From assembly GCF_006345805.1 (NCBI RefSeq), contig NW_021833143.1, positions 1-29,181 on the forward strand: a stretch of 29,181 nt of DNA, written 5' to 3'. The notes beneath the pieces were generated by a model, which had not been told where the DNA came from, ran no database searches, and saw only the letters and a list, made by a program, of their open reading frames with translations. The translations under genes were made by a program, and so were the position numbers. Source of the stretch: Octopus sinensis (lineage: Eukaryota). Within the stretch, counting starts at the first letter, position 1, and each line of letters begins with the position of its first letter. This document shows positions 1 to 10,525 of the stretch, piece after piece.

Positions 1-139
1 CAAAAACTAACAACAAAAGTAAATAACCTTGCTTATACATCATGCACACGCATGCATGTGATTGTACGTCTTTTTATGCATCTGTACGTGCGTGTTTTCG
101 CAAGTTCAGGTTACAAAAACAACAAAAAGCTGAGGCACA

Positions 140-480
140 CGCAATCACACACGCATGCATACATGTAGATTCTCAGTACCATTCACACACACACACATGC
201 GCGCGCGCATACAAATGCATGCTTGCACATCATTTTCCACCATTACAACTATATGCATGCCCATATGCACAAGCACACACACAAGCATGCCTGCACACAC
301 ACATATGCATGCCCACCACATGCATGCACACACACACACATGCCCGACTGCTCTCACACACACACATACATGCCCGACTGCTCTCTCTCTCACACACACA
401 CACGTCTGACTGCTCACACAAACATACATATGCATGCCCGACTGCCCACACACACACACACACACACACACACCTAAATA
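140..480. repeat. Imperfect (CA)n/(TGCA)n microsatellite with a ~30-bp unit carrying core ATGCCCGACTGCTC
   Basis: Core or variant at 340, 370, 403 and 434, separated by CA runs. ORFs here are H/T/C/V low-complexity. Confidence 0.9.
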
Positions 481-692
481 CATATAAATACCAGACATGA
501 AGACAGAAGGAAACCCGCTGTAGGACCATTAAAGAAAATCACAGTTATGTAAAGCAAAACCTTCAAAACTCAATCAATAATTTAATTAAATGATAAATTA
601 ATTGGTTAATTAGTTAAAAATAAAGATGTGTACTATAGTCTGCATGCATGCTTTTCTTAGTAGACTAACATGTCCCCCAATGTAAGATCAAT

Positions 693-857
693 ATCATCAT
701 CATCATCCACATCATCATCATCATGACCACCACTGCCATCATTGCCCTCATTACCATCACCATCATCACCACCACCACCATCACCACCACCACCACCACC
801 ACCACCACCACCAACATCATCATCATCACCACCACCACCACCACCATCATCATCATC

Positions 858-907
<50 letters not shown>

Positions 908-1018
908 GACCACCACTTCCATCATCGTCCTCATTACCATCACCATCATCATCACCACCACCACCACCACCACCACCACCACCACCACCACCACCCCATC
1001 ATCATCATCACCATCACC

Positions 1019-1052
<34 letters not shown>

Positions 1053-1290
1053 TGACCACCACTGCCATCATCGTCCTCATTACCATCACCATCATCATCA
1101 CCACCACCACCACCACCACCACCACCACCACCACCATCACCACCACCATCATCATCATCATCATCATCATCACCACCACCATCATCATCACCACCACCAC
1201 CACCACCGCCATCATCATCCTAATTACCATCATCACCATCATCATCATCATCATTACCAGCAGCAACAGCAGCAACAGCAGCAGCAGTGT
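693..1290. repeat. Compound (ATC)n/(ACC)n trinucleotide array ending in (AGC/AAC)n
   Basis: Read directly. The interruption block ATGACCACCACTGCCATCATYGYCCTCATTACCATC recurs at ~723, ~906, ~1052 and, degenerate, ~1200. Confidence 0.95.
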
Positions 1291-1365
1291 TTTTAACATC
1301 CACTTTTCCATGCTTTGTGTCGGTCAGAAGAAATTTTTCTACAGCTGGATGCCCTTCCTGTCACA
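1291..1365 (-). mobile_element. Degenerate RTE 3'-tail fragment
   Basis: TTTAACATCCACTTTTCCATGC...TTTCTACAGCTGGATGCCCTTCCT matches the RTE 3' ends at 12850 and 14890. Confidence 0.6.
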
Positions 1366-1495
1366 AACCCTTCAACTATTTCCAAGCAGCACACTTCTTT
1401 CCTAATGGATTGACATGTTCCTGCTTGTATGACAGTGACGCTCATTTACGACAAATCATAAAATGTCAAGACAAGGAGGTCACACAGGTACAAAG

Positions 1496-1740
1496 ACGCA
1501 CACACACACACACACGTGTGCACACACATTCACATACACACACATTCACATACACACACATTCACATAAACACACATTCACATTCACATACACATTCACA
1601 CGCACACACATTCACACACACACACACACACATGCATGCACACATATTTACACACACACATGCATTCACATACATGCACATTCACATTCAAACACACACA
1701 CATCCACACACACACACATACACATACATGCACACAACAA
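1496..1740. repeat. Imperfect (CA)n/(CACATT)n microsatellite
   Basis: Read directly. Confidence 0.9.
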
Positions 1741-1834
1741 ACAAATTAGCCAGTTAGAAAAATCTCTCCAGGAGATGCAAGTAGTAACTCTATTGAAAAA
1801 TGTTTGTTGTCACTTCAACATGGCTATTCCATAG

Positions 1835-2211
1835 GAACAGATGCTACCACCATTTTAACCCCAGGAGGATGCCTCTTTCAGCTGCACCTGATACATATTG
1901 CAAGTAGGGAGGCGGGCCCCTTACCATCTCCGAGCAGCAGGACCAACAGACTACGGTTTCAAGCTCTTTCTGCTCAGCCTCGGTGGGGGATACCAGTCTG
2001 CTAGAGATAGCAGTAGTTTGCTCCAGCTTGCAATATATATAGAAAATAAATGACTACCAGTCTCTGATCTTGCAATAAGCTAAGTAGTTTGTTAGAAAAC
2101 CTCTATAAGGGATATGAAAGTAGCAACAATACTGAGAGGTAATGGTTATCGCCATTTAAACAGGGCTGTATTGTAAGAACTGATGTTATTACCATTTTAA
2201 CCCCAGGAGGA
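1835..2211. repeat. ~320-bp segment bounded by a direct repeat (exact 21-bp core)
   Basis: ACCATTTTAACCCCAGGAGGA at 1849-1869 and 2191-2211, with imperfect similarity extending ~14 bp upstream. Confidence 0.7.
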
Positions 2212-2288
2212 CACACACACACACACACACATATAGATAGATAGATAGATCACTAGCCACTACACATTCTTTATTTACTCTCCTTGTT

Positions 2289-2326
2289 TCTTTCTGTGGA
2301 AGAGCATAGGCTCAAAACGTTAAAGA
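2289..2326 (+). ncRNA. Degenerate type I hammerhead-like motif, probably inactive, in a PLE-like fragment
   Basis: Stem I TCTTT/AAAGA; core CTGTGGA-A; stem II GAGC-ATAG-GCTC; AAAA in place of GAAA; palindromic ACGT; then GUU. The core departs from CUGANGA/GAAA. Confidence 0.4.
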
Positions 2327-2427
2327 CTTTTTCACTTCCTGAGCATTATACTAATACATTTGTTTGTTGTCTACACCACCTGTCTTCATTCTTTGTTTTT
2401 TTTTTTTGTGAATTCTCCCAATACATA

Positions 2428-2617
2428 TACTCTTTTACTTGTTTCAGTCATTTTGACTGCAGCCATGCAGGAGCACCGACTTTAGTCGAGCAAATCGACC
2501 CTGGGACTTATTCTTTGTAAGCCCAGTACTTATTCTATCGGTCTCTTTTGCCGAACCGCTAAGTGACGGGGACGTAAGCACACCAGCATCGGTTGTCAAG
2601 CAATGCTAGGGGGACAA

Positions 2618-2650
<33 letters not shown>

Positions 2651-2815
2651 CATATATACGACAGGCTTCTTTCAGTTTCCGTCTACCAAATCCACTCACA
2701 AGTCATTGGTCGGCCCGGAGCTATAGCAGAAGACACTTGCCCAAGATGCCATGCAGTGGGACTGAACCCGGAACCATGTGGTTGGTTAGCAAGCTACTTA
2801 CCACACAGCCACTCC
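2428..2815 (-). mobile_element. tRNA-derived SINE, family A (near full length)
   Basis: On the minus strand: A-box-like TGGCTGTGTGG, B-box-like GGTTCAGTCCC, internal (TA/TG)n and an AAAAGAGT tail. Same family at 9182 and 27875. Confidence 0.9.
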
Positions 2816-2824
2816 TGCGCCTAT

Positions 2825-2855
<31 letters not shown>

Positions 2856-2859
2856 TATA

Positions 2860-3555
2860 GGGTGCTAGAGCAAACTCCCAAGGAACAAAAAGGTGAGCAT
2901 AAGAGAGAACACAGACTGTGGATGGGAGGGGTTGAGAGAGCAGATGCTTTCATAAGAGAGTGTGGATGGGAGTATACATGTAGAGGGAGAGGTTAATGCA
3001 GTTAGGGATGAAAAAGGGTGGCGATGCCGATGATGGGAAGCCCCAGTATGTTGAGGGGTGAGTTAGGAGATATGGGAGTGGTCCAAGAAGGAGAATAGAA
3101 CAGAAAGTGAAGGGATGATGTGCAAGATATAGGAGGAGCAGTGGAGAAAGTGGTATAGGAATACATAAGGCGGCAAGCTGGCAGAAACGTTAGCATGCCG
3201 TGCGCAATGCTTAGCGGTATTTCGTCTGCCGTTACGTTGTGAGTTCAAATTCCGCCGAGGTCGACTTTGCCTTTCATCCTTTTGGGGTCGATAAATTAAG
3301 TGCCAGTTACGCACTGGGGTCGATGTAATCGACTTAATACCTATGTCTGTCCTTGTTTGTCCCCTCTGTGTTTAGCCCCTTTGTGGGTAATAAAGAAATA
3401 GGTATAGGAGTACATAAGGGAGATATAGTATGTGAGGCATGATGGTAGATATGGGAGGTCATTGAGAATGACAGCAGATAAGTCAGCAGTTTATAATGGA
3501 GTATAGCAGGTGGCAAAGAGAGCAGTGGCTGAAGACACAGAAAGTGTGGATAGGG
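2860..3555 (-). mobile_element. Possible decayed CR1/L2/Jockey-type LINE 3' remnant interrupted by a SINE
   Basis: Purine-rich plus strand. The minus-strand peptide HCSLCHLLYSIINC loosely resembles RT C-terminal SLCLLYKI-type motifs. Weak. Confidence 0.3.
3170..3400 (+). mobile_element. tRNA-derived SINE, family B, with 18-bp TSD
   Basis: Head GCGGCAAGCTGGCAGAAACG, B-box GAGTTCAAATTCC. Flanks GGTATAGGA(A/G)TACATAAG at 3152-3169 and 3401-3418 (1 mismatch). Confidence 0.92.
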
Positions 3556-3562
3556 ATTTTTG

Positions 3563-4242
3563 CAATGACTGAAATGAAGGACCAGTAAATGTCCATGAAA
3601 CAGTTGTCATGCTTCAAATAGCTTACAAGGATGTTGCCATGAGCAGAGCACAAGTTTACGAGTGGTTTCCATGCTTTATGAACGGTTACTTGTCGCTTGA
3701 AGACCAATCTTGTCCAGAGTGGCCATCGATCTCCTGAAAGAATGAAAAGATCATGAAAACTGATGAACTGATCTTGGAGGACCCTCACTGAACAATTGAC
3801 AAACTTGCTGATATGACTGATGTATCTTGGAGCTTCTGCCAACGAATTTTGAGTGAGGAATTGCAAATGAAAAGAGTTGCAGTAAAATTTGTGTCTCACT
3901 TGCTCACAGAAGATCAAAAGCAGTCAGGATTGAATGCATATCGTGAACTGAAAGAACAGCTGAAAATTGATCCAGGTCTTTATTTATAGATCATCACTGG
4001 TGACGAAAGCTGGTGCTATGGAATTTACAGAGGAGGAAGAGGTAAAGAAAAGAATAACAGAGGCATTAAAAGGCATCACTTTGCAAGAGTTTCAGCATTG
4101 CTTCTAACAGTGGAAAACACATCTGGACTGATGTATTGCTTCAAATGGAGAATACTTTGAAGACTATAAAAGTATAAACATGTAAAACTAAAGGAATAAA
4201 ATAATATTGAAAATTCTGGTTTCTTGTGGGTACCCCCTTGTA
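3563..4242 (+). mobile_element. Mariner (Tc1/mariner) transposon, internally deleted, with stops
   Basis: Translates to AMSRAQVYEWF...LQMKRVAVKFVSHLLTEDQK...IITGDESWCYG, then jumps to the C-terminus QWKTHLD*CIASNGEYFE. 3' TIR-like end TTGTGGGTACCCCCTTG followed by TA. Confidence 0.9.
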
Positions 4243-4265
4243 TATATGATTGGCTTCTTTCAGTT

Positions 4266-4499
4266 TCTTATTTCTTTATTGCCCACAAGGGGCTAAATAT
4301 AGAGGGGACAAACAAGGACAGACAAAGGTATTAAGTCGGTTAAATTGACTCCAGTGCATAACTGGTACTTAATTTATTGACCCCGAAAGGATGAAAGGCA
4401 AAGTTGACCTTGGCGGAATTTGAACTTGGAACGCAACAGCAGACAAAATGCCACTAAGCATTTCGCCTGGCATGCTAACATTTCTACCAGCTCACCACC
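4266..4499 (-). mobile_element. SINE family B
   Basis: Diverged reverse complement of 3170-3400. Confidence 0.88.
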
Positions 4500-4501
4500 T
4501 T

Positions 4502-4650
4502 CTTTCAGTTTCTGTCTACCAAATCCACTCACAAGGTTCTGGTCAGCCTAAGGCTAGAGTAGAAAGCATTTATCCAAGGTGCCACACACTGACATTGAAC
4601 CCAGAACCATGAGGTTGGAAAGCAAACTTCTTACACAGTCACACTGGCAC
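4502..4650 (-). mobile_element. SINE family A, 5' part
   Basis: CCAAATCCACTCACAAG...CCAAGGTGCCAC matches the family A head and body. Confidence 0.75.
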
Positions 4651-5004
4651 CTAGTCTGTATTTTATTTTTATTTTATTCTGTATTTCATTTCATTCTAAC
4701 TTGTATTTTCGGTGGAGGTAATATTTTACGTTTTGCTACCTTTGTCACATAGTTGCGGATATGCATCCATCTAATATAATTATGGTATAACTCTGTGCAA
4801 CTTCAGGCTATGTACATAGCTTTAGAAACCTATATTTATTCGAGTAAATCTCTTGGCATTCATCGGTCACATCTATTGAATGTATTTTCACATAAACCAA
4901 TCAGCCTAAGTTATTATTATAGTTTATAGCTTTTTTTTTTTGTATATTTATGTTTTATTTGTATACTGAACTTGCACCCACATACACCTGTGTACAACAG
5001 ACTT

Positions 5005-5027
5005 ATGCAAATACTCATAAAACACAC

Positions 5028-5060
<33 letters not shown>

Positions 5061-5763
5061 TATGTGTGTGTGTGTATGTATGTATGTATGTATATGTGTG
5101 TGTGTGTATGTATGTATGTATGTATATGTGTGTGTGTGTATGTATGTATGTATGTATATGTGTGTGTGTGTATGTATGTATGTATGTATATGTGTGTGTG
5201 TGTATGTATGTATGCATATGTGTATATATGTGTATATTTGTGTGAGTATATGTATGTATGCATGCATGTATGTATGTGTATGTTTGTGTGTGTGCATATG
5301 TATGTATGTTTGTATGTATGTATGTATGTGTGTATGTATGCATGTATAAGTGTGTGTATGTATGTATGCATGTGTGTATGTATGTGTATACTTGTATGTG
5401 TTTATGTATGTGTGTATGTATGTATGTATGTACGTATGTATGTACATATGTGTGTATGTATGCATGCATGTGTGTATGTATGTGTATGTTTGTGTGTGTG
5501 TGTGCATATGTATGTGTGTATGTATGTATATATATATATGCATGCATGTGTGTAAGTATGTAGGTATGTATCTATCTATTTATCTATCTAACTACACACA
5601 CACACACACACACACACAAACGAACAAGCACACACACACATATATACATACACAAGTATACACAGGTGCATGCATATACCTATATTCATGCTCACACGCA
5701 TTCTCACAGACACACAAACAGATATAAGCATTATGCATGTTACAAACATATACACACACTCAT

Positions 5764-5790
<27 letters not shown>
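5005..5790. repeat. Compound (TATG)n/(TG)n then (CA)n microsatellite
   Basis: Read directly. A ~30-32 bp composite unit (TATG)4-TA-(TG)5-6 repeats about 6 times at 5030-5220. Confidence 0.95.
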
Positions 5791-5794
<4 letters not shown>

Positions 5795-5814
5795 GATACA
5801 TAACGATGGCAGGT

Positions 5815-5894
5815 TCATCTCTTGAGGTAAAACAAAACTCCCCCAAGCAATGGCTCACAATCTACATGCTTACACAGAACTCTTTGGAGTTTTC
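5815..5894 (-). CDS. Candidate terminal exon of an unidentified gene: (G)KLQRVLCKHVDCEPLLGGVLFYLKR*
   Basis: Unique island, acceptor ...tatatttcaaag|G, open to TGA at 5815. Alternative: a 21-nt exon ending at the gtaagc donor. No homology recognised. Confidence 0.3.
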
Positions 5895-6138
5895 CTTTGA
5901 AATATATAAATGCAATAATAACATTCTTAATTTGTTGCTGTTGTTGTTGTCATCGTTTTTGTTGTTGTTGTTGTTGTTGTTGCCCACTTTGATTTCCTGT
6001 TCAAAAAACTATTCCCCGCAGTACTCAAAGGTTTGTTAATATCCAGTGTGTATGTTCACAGATATATAGATAATATAAGTTGAAAACTCGATAGATAAAT
6101 AGAGATAGTAAGATGGAGATAAGTCCTTGTTTATTTCT

Positions 6139-6290
6139 AGGCTGTGTGGTTAAGAACTTGTTGGCTTTCACAAACAACCATATCGTTCAGGGTTCAATTC
6201 TGCAGCACTGGTTGACACAAGTACCTTATTAGTGGAATTTGGGAGACAGAAACTTTGCATGAGCCTGCAGTGTGTGTGTGTCTGTGTGTG
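6139..6290 (+). mobile_element. Degenerate SINE family A head
   Basis: GGCTGTGTGGTTAAG...GGTTCAATTC...AGTGGAATTTGGGAGACAGAAACT. Confidence 0.55.
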
Positions 6291-6364
6291 TATCTGTGTG
6301 CATTTATAGGCCTACAGACACATACACACACACATATATATATGTATCTCTCTCTCTCTCTCTC

Positions 6365-9156
6365 ACATTCAGTCAGGAGACTCCGCTAGCCAAATAGACT
6401 TCATCCTCACCAGACAACGGGATGCAGGGTTGCTCTTGAATACAAAGACCCTCCCGGGTGAAGAATGTATCCCTCAGCATAGACTAATCATCAGTGACTT
6501 TAAGCTTGAGGCCAGAAGGACTCCAAGAAACAAACCAATCCAGAAAAGAAGGATTTGGAGGCTAAAGAACCCTTCGCATGGTCAGAAATTTAGGGACAAT
6601 ACTCATCAACAAATTTGATGAGAGGGAGGAGGAGCTTCAGACGTCAGACATAGAAGGTAGCTGAGAATTCCTACGGGACAGCTTGTGAGAGTGCACAGAC
6701 CAAGTCTGTGGATGGTGCAAAGTCCCTTCCAGACCTAGAATTACGTGGTGGTGGAATAGTGCAGTAGATAAAGCCATCTGTGAAAAGAGACGGGCCTGGA
6801 AACCTGGAAGGATGGGGGCAGCAGGGAACTGTACCAGATAGCCAAAAGGGAGGCTGGGCGGCAGGTATACATTGCCAAAGATGTAGCAGAAAAGAAGAAG
6901 TTTGCCAATGTCCAGCGTCGCGAGGATCAAAGAGCTGAAGTATTTCGGATTGCCAGACAGTGTGTCAGAAAAATAGCGATGTTATAGGAGAGAAATGTGT
7001 CCGCATGGATGATGGGGCACTTGCTTTTACTACTAGTGAAAAGAAAGAGGCTGGAGAAGCCATTATGAAAGACTGCTGAATGAGGAGAATGAATGGGAGG
7101 AGGAGAGCCTGCCAAATGTTGACCCAGTAGAGGGACCAGCTACCCGAATAGACAGCTCCTTGTAGATAAGGCAATTAAGGATATGAAACCAGGCAAAGCC
7201 CCTGGCCTATCAGGAATCACTGCTGAGATGCTTAAAACAGCTGGCTATGTGGGCTATGCCATAGTCACCCCGCATTGTAAACCAGGTAGTTCACAATGGA
7301 GTCACCCAATGACTGGTGCAGCAGCACCATAGTCAACTGCTACAAGGGTAAGGGTGATGCTCTAGATAGAAGAACTACAGAGGTATCAAACTGTTGGACC
7401 AGGTGATGAAGGTCTCAGAGAAGGTCATAACCAATCTCATTAGGGAGAGAATTTGTTTAGATGAAATGCAGTTCGGTTTTGTACCGGTAGAAGCACCACT
7501 GATGCTATATTCCTGGTCCGACAACTGCAGGAGAAGTACCTAGCTAAAGATAAACCCCTCTACATAGCTTTTGTAGACTTGGAGAAAGCCTTTGACAGGG
7601 TTCCCCTTTCCCTTATCTGGTGGTCGATGCGGAAACTGGAGATTGAAGAATGGCTAATAAGGGCTGTACAGGCTCTATACAGAGAGAGTGTCAGCAAGGT
7701 TAGGATTGGCAACGAATATAGTGAAGAATTCCGGGTAGAAGTAGGTGTGCACCAGGCTCAGCCCTCAGTCCCCTTTTATTCATCATAGTCCTTCAGGCAA
7801 TAACAGAGGAATTCAAAACGGGATGCCCCTGGGAGCTCCTCTATGCCGATGACCTAGCTCTCATAGCAGAATCACTACCGGAACTAGAAGAGAAATTTCG
7901 GGTGTGGAAGCAAGGGTTGGAATCAAAGGGCCTTAGAATAAATGTAGCAAAGACCAAAGTATTAGTAAGCAGCAAGAGGTACTCAGCACACATCCCCTCG
8001 GGTAGGTGCCCTGCTCAACCTGTAGGAAAGGTACAGGTAGAAACTCCATAAGATGCACCCAATGTAAGTTATGGACACATAAGTGCAGCAACATTAAAGG
8101 GAAATTAACAGATAAGATAGCTTTCAGTGCGGCAGATGCACAGGGACACATAGACACAACAGACATTCAGAAAACAGATTCCCACACCTCCAGGGAGAGA
8201 AACTAGAAGTAGTTGATAGTTTCCGCTACCTGGTTGACCAAGTTAGTAGCGGAGGTGGATGCACAGAGAGTATCACCACTAGAATACGAATAGCCTGGCA
8301 AAGTTCAGAAAGCTCCTACCCCTACTGGCAACAAAAGGTCTCTCCCTCAGAGCAAAAGGTAGATTGTATGATGCATGTGTGCGAACTGCCATGCTTCACG
8401 GTAATGAAACATGGCTGTGACTGCAGAAGACATGCGTAGACTTGAAAGAAATGAAGCTAGCATGATCCGCTGGATGTGTAGTGTCAGTGTGCACGCAAAA
8501 CAGAGTGTAAGTATCCTGAGAGAAATGCTGGATATAAGAAGCATCAGATGTGGTGTGCAAGAGCGACGCTTGCGATGGTATGGTCATGTGCTGCGGATGG
8601 ATGAAGAGAGATGTGTGAAGAAGTGCCACTCCCAAACAGTTGAAGGTATCAGGGGGAGAGGTAGACCCAGGAGACATGGGATGAGGTGGTCAAGCATGAC
8701 CTCAGGCATTGGGCCTCACTGAGGCAATGGCGAAGGACCGAGATCTCTGGAGATATGCTGTGACTACAAAGACCCGGGCTGCTTCTGCAGCAATTCCACA
8801 TACCCCCTACCCTTCTAAGTACCCGGATCCCCAAGTACCCTGATCCCCAAAGTACCCCCCCTACCCCCAAGTACCCCACCCCACCGACCTCGTTGCCCCC
8901 CATGCCCGAACGTTAAAATGCTCGAACCGATCGTGACGATGCCGGACCCTCCGGCCCTGTGCAGGTGGCACGTAAAAAGCACCCATCCACTCACGGAGTG
9001 GTTGGCGTTAGGAAGGGCAATCCAGCGTAGAAACTCTGCCAGATTCAGACTGGAGCCTGGAGCGGCCCCTGGCTTCCCAGACCCGTTCGAACCGTCCAAC
9101 CCGTGCTAGCGCGGAAAGCGGGACGTTAACGTTATGATGATGATGATGATGATGAT
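6365..9156 (+). mobile_element. RTE-clade LINE, 5'-truncated within the AP endonuclease, ending in a (TGA)n tail
   Basis: APE end SQIDFILTR...QHRLIISDF; RT motifs QFGF, AFVDLEKAFDRV, LLYADDL; C-terminal RRLRWYGHVLRM and GRGRPR; 3' UTR then (GAT)n at 9134-9156. Confidence 0.95.
7180..7965 (+). pseudogene. Reverse transcriptase domain of the RTE element, frameshifted
   Basis: GKAPGLSGITAEMLK...GIKLLDQVMK...EMQFGFVP/RSTTDAIF...DLEKAFDRVP...GVHQG/SALSPLLF...YADD (7842-7853)...INVAKTKVL. Confidence 0.93.
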
Positions 9157-9181
9157 ATATATATATATATATATACGCATG

Positions 9182-9567
9182 AGAGTGGCTGTGTGGTAAG
9201 TAGCTTGCTTACAACCACATGGTTCTGGGTTCAGTCCCACTGCATGGCACCTTGGGCAAGTGTCTTCTACTATAGCCTCAAGCCTGTGAGTGGATTTGGT
9301 AAACGGAACTGAAAGAAGCCCGTCGTATATGTGCGTGTGTGTGTATATGTTTGTGTGTCTGTATTTGTCCCCCCAACATTGCTTGACAACCGATGCTGGT
9401 GTGTTTACATCCCCCGTAACTTAGCAGTTCAGCAAAAGAGACCAATAGAATAAGTACTAGGCTTACAAAGAATAAGTCCCGGGGTCAATTTGCTCGAATA
9501 GTAGTGTTTCTAGCATAGCTGCAGTCAAAATGACTGAAATATGTCAAATAATAAAAAGAATAAAAGA
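9182..9567 (+). mobile_element. SINE family A with a small internal deletion
   Basis: Pol III boxes at ~9186-9240. Collinear with the reverse complement of 2428-2815, but lacks ~12 bp near 9280. Confidence 0.9.
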
Positions 9568-9574
9568 TCATATA

Positions 9575-9657
<83 letters not shown>

Positions 9658-9659
9658 AT

Positions 9660-10490
9660 AATAATAATATTAGGGAATAAATCCAAACTTACAGGGAAAA
9701 ATTAGATTAGGTATTAAATCCAATTTTATAGTATAAATATATTATATTATATTATATTAAATTAGAGATAAAACCACTATTAGGCAAATCAATTATTTAT
9801 TAATATTTTCATTGATAATTTTTATATATAATAGTAATTTTTTTTTTTAAATATTTATGTAATTAGATATAGACTATTACCGATATTAGATTATAGGTGG
9901 GTTTCTTACCTTAAAATTAAAATTAATATTAACATTATAATCGATTTTTTATATAATCATAATCGTTAAGTTTTAAGTTTCTAGTTTGATAATAGAGTTT
10001 ATTATAAGTAAAATTATTATATTATTTTATATCTAAAATATTGTTTAATATTTCTGATTATTTTAAAATATTTCAATTACCTGAAGACTGACTGTAACCA
10101 TAATTCGAATTATTAATTGAATTTAAATTATTGTTATTCGAATTGGTACAGCCATGAAACGATCGTAGTGTTTACTTTTTATCTTTTATTAAACTTTTAA
10201 TATTTTTTGATATTTATATAATAAAAAAAAAAAAAATTAATTAATTAATTAATTAATAAATAAAATAATATATAATTATAAAAATATACATACATACACA
10301 CACATATATATATATATTTGTACATATATATATATTTAAAATTTATAAGTTTAAATTATTTAAATAATTTTTTAAATTTTAACTTTTATATTTTTAAATT
10401 AAGTTTATGTATTGGCTTATGTTTTTCACTGTTTTATTTGCCTAATAGTGGTTTTATCTCTAATTTAATATAATAATATATATATATATA
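9660..10490 (+). mobile_element. AT-rich Penelope-like fragment with an inverted 3' piece (9660-9793)
   Basis: ~45-bp inverted overlap TATTAAATTAGAGATAAAACCACTATTAGGCAAAT between 9750-9790 and 10435-10480. A second copy lies at 15101-15497. Carries a hammerhead motif. Confidence 0.65.
10078..10170 (+). ncRNA. Type I hammerhead ribozyme motif with long stem II
   Basis: TAC-CTGAAGA(10081)-stem II CTGTAACC..AATTCGAAT/ATTCGAATT..GGTACAG-GAAA(10156)-palindrome ACGATCGT-GUA cleavage at 10167-GTG. Confidence 0.65.
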
Positions 10491-10525
10491 GATATATATA
10501 TATAAGAACATATATATATATATAT

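Noticed and set aside
494-519. 26-nt minus-strand micro-exon candidate (GFPSVFMS)
   Set aside because: Too short to distinguish from chance AG/GT pairing; the donor gtattt is weak.
1436-1487. Plus-strand exon candidate DAHLRQIIKCQDKEVTQ with CAG|gtacaa donor, possibly joining LEKSLQEMQ at ~1754
   Set aside because: The second acceptor lacks a pyrimidine tract, there is no recognisable homology, and it is opposite to the better minus-strand candidates. It cannot be supported.
42-1757. Long ORFs rich in H/T/C/V/M/I (also 4917-5727, 12418-12854, 14511-14776, 20792-21132)
   Set aside because: Translations of CA, TA, ATC and ACC microsatellites; open on several frames and both strands.
3483-3917. 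144-aa minus-strand ORF and similar antisense ORFs (16959-17237, 21460-21946, 7933-8166)
   Set aside because: These are antisense or off-frame shadows of transposon or repeat sequence.
4931-4959. Minus-strand AATAAA followed by A11 as poly(A) site or retrocopy end
   Set aside because: Common by chance in AT-rich DNA; no TSD or transcript evidence.
9182-9255. tRNA gene (also the heads at 2745-2815, 3170-3260 and 28200-28274)
   Set aside because: These have A/B boxes but no convincing cloverleaf, and continue into multi-copy SINE bodies.
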